36,268 bases of DNA from Macrostomum lignano (lineage: Eukaryota). The stretch is taken from positions 1-36,268 of the forward strand of contig NIVC01002510.1 of NCBI GenBank assembly GCA_002269645.1. The letters run 5' to 3'. Under the pieces are notes generated by a model. That model was not told where the DNA came from and made no database searches. It saw only the letters and a program-made list of their open reading frames with translations. Position 1 is the stretch's first letter. Each line of letters opens with the position of its first letter. This document shows, piece by piece, positions 10,256-23,799 of this stretch. Position numbers and translations under genes: made by a program.

Positions 10256-10539
10256 CGCCGGTAGGGTGCTTGCAGCGTCAGCAGCAGCACCTCCTGCACC
10301 GGCTGTGGGCAGTACGACTCGGCTCGGATAAAATATGGCCTGCCAGCTGGAGTCGCCGACGGCACAACAGCTCGCTTGGACGGAGCAGGCCGGTGCAGCA
10401 ATAGAGTGCCGCATTGGTGACTCGCTCGTAACCGATCTTGAAGGCGGCGCGCAGCAGGCCAGCGTGCGCCGCATCGACCCTGCTGTTCGAGCGATTCCGT
10501 CAGCGTCCAGGTCTCGGCGTTCCTTAACAGCATCTCGAT
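10256..10539 (-). pseudogene. Degenerate internal fragment of a close relative of the RTE-like LINE (C-terminal coding region); one per unit
   Basis: Aligns by eye to ~29015-29300 of LINE copy 2 (NAETWTLTESLEQQ...RRRLQLAGH...ESYCPQPVQEVLLLTLQAPYRRG). Manual count gives ~26 substitutions and 2 small indels over ~265 bp. Confidence 0.9.
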
Positions 10540-11550
10540 ATCCGTATGCTATCGGCCTGGGCTTAAAAAGCTTTGGCTTCAGCGTTATCATCCAGGGATA
10601 GTGCACGCGCGCAATTGCACCTGCACCAGACAGCAGCCAGCACGTAATTACGGCCTCCCAAACCGAAAATGTGCACCAGCCCCAGGCTGGATAAACCAGA
10701 AACGGGATTGTCTGTGGAGAGGTGCTAAGCGTCATTCTTGTCCACAGCTTAGCATCTCTTTTCTGGATTTACTCTCTTTAGCTTAATTATGCAAACCTAA
10801 AAATAAGCAAAATGCCGCACAGCCTACCGCTTTTCATTAAGCTGCAAGGCAGTGCTGTCTTGATGGTTTTGTCGGCCAGTCAAAGCAGCTTTTTATGTAC
10901 ACTTGTACACTACGTAGCTTGCGGTCAGTCATTTTACCGTCACCTCCCTGGGCTAGCTAATTAATGTTCAATATTCTCACCTTGCACCTTGCCTGTACCC
11001 ATCTCCTATCGATAATAAAAAATGTTTTATCTGTCGCGCTGGATATTTTACCCCTAGCAAAGTCAATGATGCTCCGTCTTCAATCAATCTCCAATCTTAA
11101 ATCTTCAATCTTCAACTCGTTTTCCTATCTCGCCGTGCCTAAAATACTCTCGTATAGTATGCTATCGATGCTAAAGTGGTGATCAGCCAGACTCCACCTG
11201 CCAGTGTCAGTGGAAATTTCTTAACGCAACTCTGCATTCGGAATCGGCATTCTGCTAGTGCTCCTACCGTAGTGCTCTGCCTGTTTACCTTTATCGCCTT
11301 TCCTGTTCATTCAACATCGCTAATTTCTAAAATCTTTCAGATTGTGTGTCCGACCAATAATCGCTACTAGGCGTGTGCGTGTGTATATGCAGTGTATACC
11401 AAATAAGGAGCTTTCCGATAATAAATCTGCTTATCGCATCCGGACTGATTTTCTATATAGCCTTGCATGGGCATTTGGCAGTATTGCTGATTGAAATCAC
11501 TAAGAGACAGCAAGTTTTGTCCCTTTTTTATCGCAACAAGCGCCGTTCAA

Positions 11551-11736
11551 ATGCAGAGACTAGCTTTCCTCTCTCTTCTGGTGTTGCTTCTTGCGTTTGC
11601 AGCATATTCAGCCAATGGACAAGGCTGTTACTGCTTGCAAGAAGTCTGCTACATCAGCTATCCTGAATTATGTAATAGCGGTTTGGGTTGCGCTGGCGCA
11701 GGGGATTTTGTACCTTGCGAAGGATATGGCGGATAA
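11551..11736 (+). CDS. Secreted cysteine-rich peptide precursor (copy 4)
   Basis: Same 61-aa translation as copy 1. Confidence 0.85.
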   Translation: MQRLAFLSLLVLLLAFAAYSANGQGCYCLQEVCYISYPELCNSGLGCAGAGDFVPCEGYGG

Positions 11737-12421
11737 ATCTGTTTTAATTAAGGTAACGATGGAAGCATGACCGTCGATTGTCCTAGAATAGGAGGAGTGC
11801 GTTTTGACAACCTGCGATTCAGTTGATTCAAAACTGAAAAATAAACCGATTGAAAGGAAGTATGCGTTATTATTTCCGTTGAAGCTGTTCGTTCATTGTC
11901 TTTTTTATTATTTCCTTTTTGGGTATTAGATGAGTGTCGAATGGCTCCAAACGACAGAGAAAGAGAGCAAGAGAGAGCGAGAGAGAGAGAGAACCGGTTA
12001 ATTGCATTGTTGCTATTTTAATCCCAACGAAAATGACAATATCATTGTCGGTGCGAAGTGCAGAGATGCCCAGAATCAACCCTATCAAGGCAACAACTAG
12101 AGTTGAACGTATATCCGACATAACGTAGAGGTCAGAATGCATCAGAAGCTTTTGTTGAGCTAAAAAGTAGCTCGCTTGAGTAAGCACAGAAATATAAATA
12201 ACAAAACCAACATAGATTGCTTTAATTAAATCAGTCAGCCAACGCGTTTGGTTTAGTCAGCGGCCATGTTCAGCGTCTGAGATATATTTTATTTTTCACG
12301 TATGCATCAAATTATATAAGAAAACGTTTCTGTACAGTCCAAAGGGGGGGCAGATTGTCCAATTATGAAGGTACATTGGATGGAAGTTTTAAACAGGCGG
12401 GCGCACTACAATGCTTCGTGC

Positions 12422-12952
12422 CTACACTAAGAATACCTTGAACAAATGACCCGCACCACTGTGAATAAGCTGGACATTGAGACTTGTTTTTTTATTCTTG
12501 ATGTACATTGATTCCGGTATGCTAAGTCTGGATGTTTTTATGAGTGGAGTTCAGAGCGGTAAGAAACCGTTCATGATACGAGTTCGCTTTGAAAATGGCA
12601 AAAGTGTCGTCAACATAGTGTTTGTAGAATCTAGGCGCACAATTTAGGGTGTCATCCACTGCTTCCCCCGCCGGTAGGGTGCTTGCAGCGTCAGCAGCAG
12701 CACCTCCTGCACCGGCTGTGGGCAGTACGACTCGGCTCGGATAAAATATGGCCTGCCAGCTGGAGTCGCCGACGGCACAACAGCTCGCTTGGACGGAGCA
12801 GGCCGGTGCAGCAATAGAGTGCCGCATTGGTGACTCGCTCGTAACCGATCTTGAAGGCGGCGCGCAGCAGGCCAGCGTGCGCCGCATCGACCCTGCTGTT
12901 CGAGCGATTCCGTCAGCGTCCAGGTCTCGGCGTTCCTTAACAGCATCTCGAT
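12422..12952 (-). pseudogene. PLE + RTE composite relic (unit copy)
   Basis: Same sequence as 10009-10539. Confidence 0.8.
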
Positions 12953-13963
12953 ATCCGTATGCTATCGGCCTGGGCTTAAAAAGCTTTGGCTTCAGCGTTA
13001 TCATCCAGGGATAGTGCACGCGCGCAATTGCACCTGCACCAGACAGCAGCCAGCACGTAATTACGGCCTCCCAAACCGAAAATGTGCACCAGCCCCAGGC
13101 TGGATAAACCAGAAACGGGATTGTCTGTGGAGAGGTGCTAAGCGTCATTCTTGTCCACAGCTTAGCATCTCTTTTCTGGATTTACTCTCTTTAGCTTAAT
13201 TATGCAAACCTAAAAATAAGCAAAATGCCGCACAGCCTACCGCTTTTCATTAAGCTGCAAGGCAGTGCTGTCTTGATGGTTTTGTCGGCCAGTCAAAGCA
13301 GCTTTTTATGTACACTTGTACACTACGTAGCTTGCGGTCAGTCATTTTACCGTCACCTCCCTGGGCTAGCTAATTAATGTTCAATATTCTCACCTTGCAC
13401 CTTGCCTGTACCCATCTCCTATCGATAATAAAAAATGTTTTATCTGTCGCGCTGGATATTTTACCCCTAGCAAAGTCAATGATGCTCCGTCTTCAATCAA
13501 TCTCCAATCTTAAATCTTCAATCTTCAACTCGTTTTCCTATCTCGCCGTGCCTAAAATACTCTCGTATAGTATGCTATCGATGCTAAAGTGGTGATCAGC
13601 CAGACTCCACCTGCCAGTGTCAGTGGAAATTTCTTAACGCAACTCTGCATTCGGAATCGGCATTCTGCTAGTGCTCCTACCGTAGTGCTCTGCCTGTTTA
13701 CCTTTATCGCCTTTCCTGTTCATTCAACATCGCTAATTTCTAAAATCTTTCAGATTGTGTGTCCGACCAATAATCGCTACTAGGCGTGTGCGTGTGTATA
13801 TGCAGTGTATACCAAATAAGGAGCTTTCCGATAATAAATCTGCTTATCGCATCCGGACTGATTTTCTATATAGCCTTGCATGGGCATTTGGCAGTATTGC
13901 TGATTGAAATCACTAAGAGACAGCAAGTTTTGTCCCTTTTTTATCGCAACAAGCGCCGTTCAA

Positions 13964-14149
13964 ATGCAGAGACTAGCTTTCCTCTCTCTTCTGGTGTTGC
14001 TTCTTGCGTTTGCAGCATATTCAGCCAATGGACAAGGCTGTTACTGCTTGCAAGAAGTCTGCTACATCAGCTATCCTGAATTATGTAATAGCGGTTTGGG
14101 TTGCGCTGGCGCAGGGGATTTTGTACCTTGCGAAGGATATGGCGGATAA
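13964..14149 (+). CDS. Secreted cysteine-rich peptide precursor (copy 5)
   Basis: Same 61-aa translation as copy 1. Confidence 0.85.
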   Translation: MQRLAFLSLLVLLLAFAAYSANGQGCYCLQEVCYISYPELCNSGLGCAGAGDFVPCEGYGG

Positions 14150-14834
14150 ATCTGTTTTAATTAAGGTAACGATGGAAGCATGACCGTCGATTGTCCTAGA
14201 ATAGGAGGAGTGCGTTTTGACAACCTGCGATTCAGTTGATTCAAAACTGAAAAATAAACCGATTGAAAGGAAGTATGCGTTATTATTTCCGTTGAAGCTG
14301 TTCGTTCATTGTCTTTTTTATTATTTCCTTTTTGGGTATTAGATGAGTGTCGAATGGCTCCAAACGACAGAGAAAGAGAGCAAGAGAGAGCGAGAGAGAG
14401 AGAGAACCGGTTAATTGCATTGTTGCTATTTTAATCCCAACGAAAATGACAATATCATTGTCGGTGCGAAGTGCAGAGATGCCCAGAATCAACCCTATCA
14501 AGGCAACAACTAGAGTTGAACGTATATCCGACATAACGTAGAGGTCAGAATGCATCAGAAGCTTTTGTTGAGCTAAAAAGTAGCTCGCTTGAGTAAGCAC
14601 AGAAATATAAATAACAAAACCAACATAGATTGCTTTAATTAAATCAGTCAGCCAACGCGTTTGGTTTAGTCAGCGGCCATGTTCAGCGTCTGAGATATAT
14701 TTTATTTTTCACGTATGCATCAAATTATATAAGAAAACGTTTCTGTACAGTCCAAAGGGGGGGCAGATTGTCCAATTATGAAGGTACATTGGATGGAAGT
14801 TTTAAACAGGCGGGCGCACTACAATGCTTCGTGC

Positions 14835-15364
14835 CTACACTAAGAATACCTTGAACAAATGACCCGCACCACTGTGAATAAGCTGGACATTGAGACTTGT
14901 TTTTTTATTCTTGATGTACATTGATTCCGGTATGCTAAGTCTGGATGTTTTTATGAGTGGAGTTCAGAGCGGTAAGAAACCGTTCATGATACGAGTTCGC
15001 TTTGAAAATGGCAAAAGTGTCGTCAACATAGTGTTTGTAGAATCTAGGCGCACAATTTAGGGTGTCATCCACTGCTTCCCCGCCGGTAGGGTGCTTGCAG
15101 CGTCAGCAGCAGCACCTCCTGCACCGGCTGTGGGCAGTACGACTCGGCTCGGATAAAATATGGCCTGCCAGCTGGAGTCGCCGACGGCACAACAGCTCGC
15201 TTGGACGGAGCAGGCCGGTGCAGCAATAGAGTGCCGCATTGGTGACTCGCTCGTAACCGATCTTGAAGGCGGCGCGCAGCAGGCCAGCGTGCGCCGCATC
15301 GACCCTGCTGTTCGAGCGATTCCGTCAGCGTCCAGGTCTCGGCGTTCCTTAACAGCATCTCGAT
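14835..15364 (-). pseudogene. PLE + RTE composite relic (unit copy, 4-C junction variant)
   Basis: Same as 10009-10539 with one C fewer at the junction. Confidence 0.8.
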
Positions 15365-16375
15365 ATCCGTATGCTATCGGCCTGGGCTTAAAAAGCTTTG
15401 GCTTCAGCGTTATCATCCAGGGATAGTGCACGCGCGCAATTGCACCTGCACCAGACAGCAGCCAGCACGTAATTACGGCCTCCCAAACCGAAAATGTGCA
15501 CCAGCCCCAGGCTGGATAAACCAGAAACGGGATTGTCTGTGGAGAGGTGCTAAGCGTCATTCTTGTCCACAGCTTAGCATCTCTTTTCTGGATTTACTCT
15601 CTTTAGCTTAATTATGCAAACCTAAAAATAAGCAAAATGCCGCACAGCCTACCGCTTTTCATTAAGCTGCAAGGCAGTGCTGTCTTGATGGTTTTGTCGG
15701 CCAGTCAAAGCAGCTTTTTATGTACACTTGTACACTACGTAGCTTGCGGTCAGTCATTTTACCGTCACCTCCCTGGGCTAGCTAATTAATGTTCAATATT
15801 CTCACCTTGCACCTTGCCTGTACCCATCTCCTATCGATAATAAAAAATGTTTTATCTGTCGCGCTGGATATTTTACCCCTAGCAAAGTCAATGATGCTCC
15901 GTCTTCAATCAATCTCCAATCTTAAATCTTCAATCTTCAACTCGTTTTCCTATCTCGCCGTGCCTAAAATACTCTCGTATAGTATGCTATCGATGCTAAA
16001 GTGGTGATCAGCCAGACTCCACCTGCCAGTGTCAGTGGAAATTTCTTAACGCAACTCTGCATTCGGAATCGGCATTCTGCTAGTGCTCCTACCGTAGTGC
16101 TCTGCCTGTTTACCTTTATCGCCTTTCCTGTTCATTCAACATCGCTAATTTCTAAAATCTTTCAGATTGTGTGTCCGACCAATAATCGCTACTAGGCGTG
16201 TGCGTGTGTATATGCAGTGTATACCAAATAAGGAGCTTTCCGATAATAAATCTGCTTATCGCATCCGGACTGATTTTCTATATAGCCTTGCATGGGCATT
16301 TGGCAGTATTGCTGATTGAAATCACTAAGAGACAGCAAGTTTTGTCCCTTTTTTATCGCAACAAGCGCCGTTCAA

Positions 16376-16561
16376 ATGCAGAGACTAGCTTTCCTCTCTC
16401 TTCTGGTGTTGCTTCTTGCGTTTGCAGCATATTCAGCCAATGGACAAGGCTGTTACTGCTTGCAAGAAGTCTGCTACATCAGCTATCCTGAATTATGTAA
16501 TAGCGGTTTGGGTTGCGCTGGCGCAGGGGATTTTGTACCTTGCGAAGGATATGGCGGATAA
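16376..16561 (+). CDS. Secreted cysteine-rich peptide precursor (copy 6)
   Basis: Same 61-aa translation as copy 1. Confidence 0.85.
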   Translation: MQRLAFLSLLVLLLAFAAYSANGQGCYCLQEVCYISYPELCNSGLGCAGAGDFVPCEGYGG

Positions 16562-17246
16562 ATCTGTTTTAATTAAGGTAACGATGGAAGCATGACCGTC
16601 GATTGTCCTAGAATAGGAGGAGTGCGTTTTGACAACCTGCGATTCAGTTGATTCAAAACTGAAAAATAAACCGATTGAAAGGAAGTATGCGTTATTATTT
16701 CCGTTGAAGCTGTTCGTTCATTGTCTTTTTTATTATTTCCTTTTTGGGTATTAGATGAGTGTCGAATGGCTCCAAACGACAGAGAAAGAGAGCAAGAGAG
16801 AGCGAGAGAGAGAGAGAACCGGTTAATTGCATTGTTGCTATTTTAATCCCAACGAAAATGACAATATCATTGTCGGTGCGAAGTGCAGAGATGCCCAGAA
16901 TCAACCCTATCAAGGCAACAACTAGAGTTGAACGTATATCCGACATAACGTAGAGGTCAGAATGCATCAGAAGCTTTTGTTGAGCTAAAAAGTAGCTCGC
17001 TTGAGTAAGCACAGAAATATAAATAACAAAACCAACATAGATTGCTTTAATTAAATCAGTCAGCCAACGCGTTTGGTTTAGTCAGCGGCCATGTTCAGCG
17101 TCTGAGATATATTTTATTTTTCACGTATGCATCAAATTATATAAGAAAACGTTTCTGTACAGTCCAAAGGGGGGGCAGATTGTCCAATTATGAAGGTACA
17201 TTGGATGGAAGTTTTAAACAGGCGGGCGCACTACAATGCTTCGTGC

Positions 17247-17776
17247 CTACACTAAGAATACCTTGAACAAATGACCCGCACCACTGTGAATAAGCTGGAC
17301 ATTGAGACTTGTTTTTTTATTCTTGATGTACATTGATTCCGGTATGCTAAGTCTGGATGTTTTTATGAGTGGAGTTCAGAGCGGTAAGAAACCGTTCATG
17401 ATACGAGTTCGCTTTGAAAATGGCAAAAGTGTCGTCAACATAGTGTTTGTAGAATCTAGGCGCACAATTTAGGGTGTCATCCACTGCTTCCCCGCCGGTA
17501 GGGTGCTTGCAGCGTCAGCAGCAGCACCTCCTGCACCGGCTGTGGGCAGTACGACTCGGCTCGGATAAAATATGGCCTGCCAGCTGGAGTCGCCGACGGC
17601 ACAACAGCTCGCTTGGACGGAGCAGGCCGGTGCAGCAATAGAGTGCCGCATTGGTGACTCGCTCGTAACCGATCTTGAAGGCGGCGCGCAGCAGGCCAGC
17701 GTGCGCCGCATCGACCCTGCTGTTCGAGCGATTCCGTCAGCGTCCAGGTCTCGGCGTTCCTTAACAGCATCTCGAT
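17247..17776 (-). pseudogene. PLE + RTE composite relic (unit copy, 4-C junction variant)
   Basis: Same as 10009-10539 with one C fewer at the junction. Confidence 0.8.
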
Positions 17777-18787
17777 ATCCGTATGCTATCGGCCTGGGCT
17801 TAAAAAGCTTTGGCTTCAGCGTTATCATCCAGGGATAGTGCACGCGCGCAATTGCACCTGCACCAGACAGCAGCCAGCACGTAATTACGGCCTCCCAAAC
17901 CGAAAATGTGCACCAGCCCCAGGCTGGATAAACCAGAAACGGGATTGTCTGTGGAGAGGTGCTAAGCGTCATTCTTGTCCACAGCTTAGCATCTCTTTTC
18001 TGGATTTACTCTCTTTAGCTTAATTATGCAAACCTAAAAATAAGCAAAATGCCGCACAGCCTACCGCTTTTCATTAAGCTGCAAGGCAGTGCTGTCTTGA
18101 TGGTTTTGTCGGCCAGTCAAAGCAGCTTTTTATGTACACTTGTACACTACGTAGCTTGCGGTCAGTCATTTTACCGTCACCTCCCTGGGCTAGCTAATTA
18201 ATGTTCAATATTCTCACCTTGCACCTTGCCTGTACCCATCTCCTATCGATAATAAAAAATGTTTTATCTGTCGCGCTGGATATTTTACCCCTAGCAAAGT
18301 CAATGATGCTCCGTCTTCAATCAATCTCCAATCTTAAATCTTCAATCTTCAACTCGTTTTCCTATCTCGCCGTGCCTAAAATACTCTCGTATAGTATGCT
18401 ATCGATGCTAAAGTGGTGATCAGCCAGACTCCACCTGCCAGTGTCAGTGGAAATTTCTTAACGCAACTCTGCATTCGGAATCGGCATTCTGCTAGTGCTC
18501 CTACCGTAGTGCTCTGCCTGTTTACCTTTATCGCCTTTCCTGTTCATTCAACATCGCTAATTTCTAAAATCTTTCAGATTGTGTGTCCGACCAATAATCG
18601 CTACTAGGCGTGTGCGTGTGTATATGCAGTGTATACCAAATAAGGAGCTTTCCGATAATAAATCTGCTTATCGCATCCGGACTGATTTTCTATATAGCCT
18701 TGCATGGGCATTTGGCAGTATTGCTGATTGAAATCACTAAGAGACAGCAAGTTTTGTCCCTTTTTTATCGCAACAAGCGCCGTTCAA

Positions 18788-18973
18788 ATGCAGAGACTAG
18801 CTTTCCTCTCTCTTCTGGTGTTGCTTCTTGCGTTTGCAGCATATTCAGCCAATGGACAAGGCTGTTACTGCTTGCAAGAAGTCTGCTACATCAGCTATCC
18901 TGAATTATGTAATAGCGGTTTGGGTTGCGCTGGCGCAGGGGATTTTGTACCTTGCGAAGGATATGGCGGATAA
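18788..18973 (+). CDS. Secreted cysteine-rich peptide precursor (copy 7)
   Basis: Same 61-aa translation as copy 1. Confidence 0.85.
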   Translation: MQRLAFLSLLVLLLAFAAYSANGQGCYCLQEVCYISYPELCNSGLGCAGAGDFVPCEGYGG

Positions 18974-19658
18974 ATCTGTTTTAATTAAGGTAACGATGGA
19001 AGCATGACCGTCGATTGTCCTAGAATAGGAGGAGTGCGTTTTGACAACCTGCGATTCAGTTGATTCAAAACTGAAAAATAAACCGATTGAAAGGAAGTAT
19101 GCGTTATTATTTCCGTTGAAGCTGTTCGTTCATTGTCTTTTTTATTATTTCCTTTTTGGGTATTAGATGAGTGTCGAATGGCTCCAAACGACAGAGAAAG
19201 AGAGCAAGAGAGAGCGAGAGAGAGAGAGAACCGGTTAATTGCATTGTTGCTATTTTAATCCCAACGAAAATGACAATATCATTGTCGGTGCGAAGTGCAG
19301 AGATGCCCAGAATCAACCCTATCAAGGCAACAACTAGAGTTGAACGTATATCCGACATAACGTAGAGGTCAGAATGCATCAGAAGCTTTTGTTGAGCTAA
19401 AAAGTAGCTCGCTTGAGTAAGCACAGAAATATAAATAACAAAACCAACATAGATTGCTTTAATTAAATCAGTCAGCCAACGCGTTTGGTTTAGTCAGCGG
19501 CCATGTTCAGCGTCTGAGATATATTTTATTTTTCACGTATGCATCAAATTATATAAGAAAACGTTTCTGTACAGTCCAAAGGGGGGGCAGATTGTCCAAT
19601 TATGAAGGTACATTGGATGGAAGTTTTAAACAGGCGGGCGCACTACAATGCTTCGTGC

Positions 19659-20189
19659 CTACACTAAGAATACCTTGAACAAATGACCCGCACCACTGTG
19701 AATAAGCTGGACATTGAGACTTGTTTTTTTATTCTTGATGTACATTGATTCCGGTATGCTAAGTCTGGATGTTTTTATGAGTGGAGTTCAGAGCGGTAAG
19801 AAACCGTTCATGATACGAGTTCGCTTTGAAAATGGCAAAAGTGTCGTCAACATAGTGTTTGTAGAATCTAGGCGCACAATTTAGGGTGTCATCCACTGCT
19901 TCCCCCGCCGGTAGGGTGCTTGCAGCGTCAGCAGCAGCACCTCCTGCACCGGCTGTGGGCAGTACGACTCGGCTCGGATAAAATATGGCCTGCCAGCTGG
20001 AGTCGCCGACGGCACAACAGCTCGCTTGGACGGAGCAGGCCGGTGCAGCAATAGAGTGCCGCATTGGTGACTCGCTCGTAACCGATCTTGAAGGCGGCGC
20101 GCAGCAGGCCAGCGTGCGCCGCATCGACCCTGCTGTTCGAGCGATTCCGTCAGCGTCCAGGTCTCGGCGTTCCTTAACAGCATCTCGAT
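19659..20189 (-). pseudogene. PLE + RTE composite relic (unit copy)
   Basis: Same sequence as 10009-10539. Confidence 0.8.
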
Positions 20190-21200
20190 ATCCGTATGCT
20201 ATCGGCCTGGGCTTAAAAAGCTTTGGCTTCAGCGTTATCATCCAGGGATAGTGCACGCGCGCAATTGCACCTGCACCAGACAGCAGCCAGCACGTAATTA
20301 CGGCCTCCCAAACCGAAAATGTGCACCAGCCCCAGGCTGGATAAACCAGAAACGGGATTGTCTGTGGAGAGGTGCTAAGCGTCATTCTTGTCCACAGCTT
20401 AGCATCTCTTTTCTGGATTTACTCTCTTTAGCTTAATTATGCAAACCTAAAAATAAGCAAAATGCCGCACAGCCTACCGCTTTTCATTAAGCTGCAAGGC
20501 AGTGCTGTCTTGATGGTTTTGTCGGCCAGTCAAAGCAGCTTTTTATGTACACTTGTACACTACGTAGCTTGCGGTCAGTCATTTTACCGTCACCTCCCTG
20601 GGCTAGCTAATTAATGTTCAATATTCTCACCTTGCACCTTGCCTGTACCCATCTCCTATCGATAATAAAAAATGTTTTATCTGTCGCGCTGGATATTTTA
20701 CCCCTAGCAAAGTCAATGATGCTCCGTCTTCAATCAATCTCCAATCTTAAATCTTCAATCTTCAACTCGTTTTCCTATCTCGCCGTGCCTAAAATACTCT
20801 CGTATAGTATGCTATCGATGCTAAAGTGGTGATCAGCCAGACTCCACCTGCCAGTGTCAGTGGAAATTTCTTAACGCAACTCTGCATTCGGAATCGGCAT
20901 TCTGCTAGTGCTCCTACCGTAGTGCTCTGCCTGTTTACCTTTATCGCCTTTCCTGTTCATTCAACATCGCTAATTTCTAAAATCTTTCAGATTGTGTGTC
21001 CGACCAATAATCGCTACTAGGCGTGTGCGTGTGTATATGCAGTGTATACCAAATAAGGAGCTTTCCGATAATAAATCTGCTTATCGCATCCGGACTGATT
21101 TTCTATATAGCCTTGCATGGGCATTTGGCAGTATTGCTGATTGAAATCACTAAGAGACAGCAAGTTTTGTCCCTTTTTTATCGCAACAAGCGCCGTTCAA

Positions 21201-21386
21201 ATGCAGAGACTAGCTTTCCTCTCTCTTCTGGTGTTGCTTCTTGCGTTTGCAGCATATTCAGCCAATGGACAAGGCTGTTACTGCTTGCAAGAAGTCTGCT
21301 ACATCAGCTATCCTGAATTATGTAATAGCGGTTTGGGTTGCGCTGGCGCAGGGGATTTTGTACCTTGCGAAGGATATGGCGGATAA
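21201..21386 (+). CDS. Secreted cysteine-rich peptide precursor (copy 8)
   Basis: Same 61-aa translation as copy 1. Confidence 0.85.
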   Translation: MQRLAFLSLLVLLLAFAAYSANGQGCYCLQEVCYISYPELCNSGLGCAGAGDFVPCEGYGG

Positions 21387-22071
21387 ATCTGTTTTAATTA
21401 AGGTAACGATGGAAGCATGACCGTCGATTGTCCTAGAATAGGAGGAGTGCGTTTTGACAACCTGCGATTCAGTTGATTCAAAACTGAAAAATAAACCGAT
21501 TGAAAGGAAGTATGCGTTATTATTTCCGTTGAAGCTGTTCGTTCATTGTCTTTTTTATTATTTCCTTTTTGGGTATTAGATGAGTGTCGAATGGCTCCAA
21601 ACGACAGAGAAAGAGAGCAAGAGAGAGCGAGAGAGAGAGAGAACCGGTTAATTGCATTGTTGCTATTTTAATCCCAACGAAAATGACAATATCATTGTCG
21701 GTGCGAAGTGCAGAGATGCCCAGAATCAACCCTATCAAGGCAACAACTAGAGTTGAACGTATATCCGACATAACGTAGAGGTCAGAATGCATCAGAAGCT
21801 TTTGTTGAGCTAAAAAGTAGCTCGCTTGAGTAAGCACAGAAATATAAATAACAAAACCAACATAGATTGCTTTAATTAAATCAGTCAGCCAACGCGTTTG
21901 GTTTAGTCAGCGGCCATGTTCAGCGTCTGAGATATATTTTATTTTTCACGTATGCATCAAATTATATAAGAAAACGTTTCTGTACAGTCCAAAGGGGGGG
22001 CAGATTGTCCAATTATGAAGGTACATTGGATGGAAGTTTTAAACAGGCGGGCGCACTACAATGCTTCGTGC

Positions 22072-22602
22072 CTACACTAAGAATACCTTGAACAAATGAC
22101 CCGCACCACTGTGAATAAGCTGGACATTGAGACTTGTTTTTTTATTCTTGATGTACATTGATTCCGGTATGCTAAGTCTGGATGTTTTTATGAGTGGAGT
22201 TCAGAGCGGTAAGAAACCGTTCATGATACGAGTTCGCTTTGAAAATGGCAAAAGTGTCGTCAACATAGTGTTTGTAGAATCTAGGCGCACAATTTAGGGT
22301 GTCATCCACTGCTTCCCCCGCCGGTAGGGTGCTTGCAGCGTCAGCAGCAGCACCTCCTGCACCGGCTGTGGGCAGTACGACTCGGCTCGGATAAAATATG
22401 GCCTGCCAGCTGGAGTCGCCGACGGCACAACAGCTCGCTTGGACGGAGCAGGCCGGTGCAGCAATAGAGTGCCGCATTGGTGACTCGCTCGTAACCGATC
22501 TTGAAGGCGGCGCGCAGCAGGCCAGCGTGCGCCGCATCGACCCTGCTGTTCGAGCGATTCCGTCAGCGTCCAGGTCTCGGCGTTCCTTAACAGCATCTCG
22601 AT
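22072..22602 (-). pseudogene. PLE + RTE composite relic (unit copy)
   Basis: Same sequence as 10009-10539. Confidence 0.8.
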
Positions 22603-23613
22603 ATCCGTATGCTATCGGCCTGGGCTTAAAAAGCTTTGGCTTCAGCGTTATCATCCAGGGATAGTGCACGCGCGCAATTGCACCTGCACCAGACAGCAGC
22701 CAGCACGTAATTACGGCCTCCCAAACCGAAAATGTGCACCAGCCCCAGGCTGGATAAACCAGAAACGGGATTGTCTGTGGAGAGGTGCTAAGCGTCATTC
22801 TTGTCCACAGCTTAGCATCTCTTTTCTGGATTTACTCTCTTTAGCTTAATTATGCAAACCTAAAAATAAGCAAAATGCCGCACAGCCTACCGCTTTTCAT
22901 TAAGCTGCAAGGCAGTGCTGTCTTGATGGTTTTGTCGGCCAGTCAAAGCAGCTTTTTATGTACACTTGTACACTACGTAGCTTGCGGTCAGTCATTTTAC
23001 CGTCACCTCCCTGGGCTAGCTAATTAATGTTCAATATTCTCACCTTGCACCTTGCCTGTACCCATCTCCTATCGATAATAAAAAATGTTTTATCTGTCGC
23101 GCTGGATATTTTACCCCTAGCAAAGTCAATGATGCTCCGTCTTCAATCAATCTCCAATCTTAAATCTTCAATCTTCAACTCGTTTTCCTATCTCGCCGTG
23201 CCTAAAATACTCTCGTATAGTATGCTATCGATGCTAAAGTGGTGATCAGCCAGACTCCACCTGCCAGTGTCAGTGGAAATTTCTTAACGCAACTCTGCAT
23301 TCGGAATCGGCATTCTGCTAGTGCTCCTACCGTAGTGCTCTGCCTGTTTACCTTTATCGCCTTTCCTGTTCATTCAACATCGCTAATTTCTAAAATCTTT
23401 CAGATTGTGTGTCCGACCAATAATCGCTACTAGGCGTGTGCGTGTGTATATGCAGTGTATACCAAATAAGGAGCTTTCCGATAATAAATCTGCTTATCGC
23501 ATCCGGACTGATTTTCTATATAGCCTTGCATGGGCATTTGGCAGTATTGCTGATTGAAATCACTAAGAGACAGCAAGTTTTGTCCCTTTTTTATCGCAAC
23601 AAGCGCCGTTCAA

Positions 23614-23799
23614 ATGCAGAGACTAGCTTTCCTCTCTCTTCTGGTGTTGCTTCTTGCGTTTGCAGCATATTCAGCCAATGGACAAGGCTGTTACTGCTTG
23701 CAAGAAGTCTGCTACATCAGCTATCCTGAATTATGTAATAGCGGTTTGGGTTGCGCTGGCGCAGGGGATTTTGTACCTTGCGAAGGATATGGCGGATAA
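23614..23799 (+). CDS. Secreted cysteine-rich peptide precursor (copy 9)
   Basis: Same 61-aa translation as copy 1. Confidence 0.85.
   Translation: MQRLAFLSLLVLLLAFAAYSANGQGCYCLQEVCYISYPELCNSGLGCAGAGDFVPCEGYGG

Noticed and set aside
10109-10735. 208-aa - strand ORF (MTLSTSPQ...HKNIQT) repeated in most units as a real gene
   Set aside because: It is an off-frame read-through across the RTE relic into the PLE fragment. It has a non-ATG start and is broken by the 4-C allele in several units.
8528-10940. Unit as a Helitron or as a PLE with a hammerhead ribozyme
   Set aside because: I found no GC-rich subterminal hairpin followed by CTRR at a consistent boundary and no CTGANGA...GAAA core on either strand. 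The short palindromes present (tcctagaatagga, caactagagttg, ccaacgcgtttgg) are at chance level.
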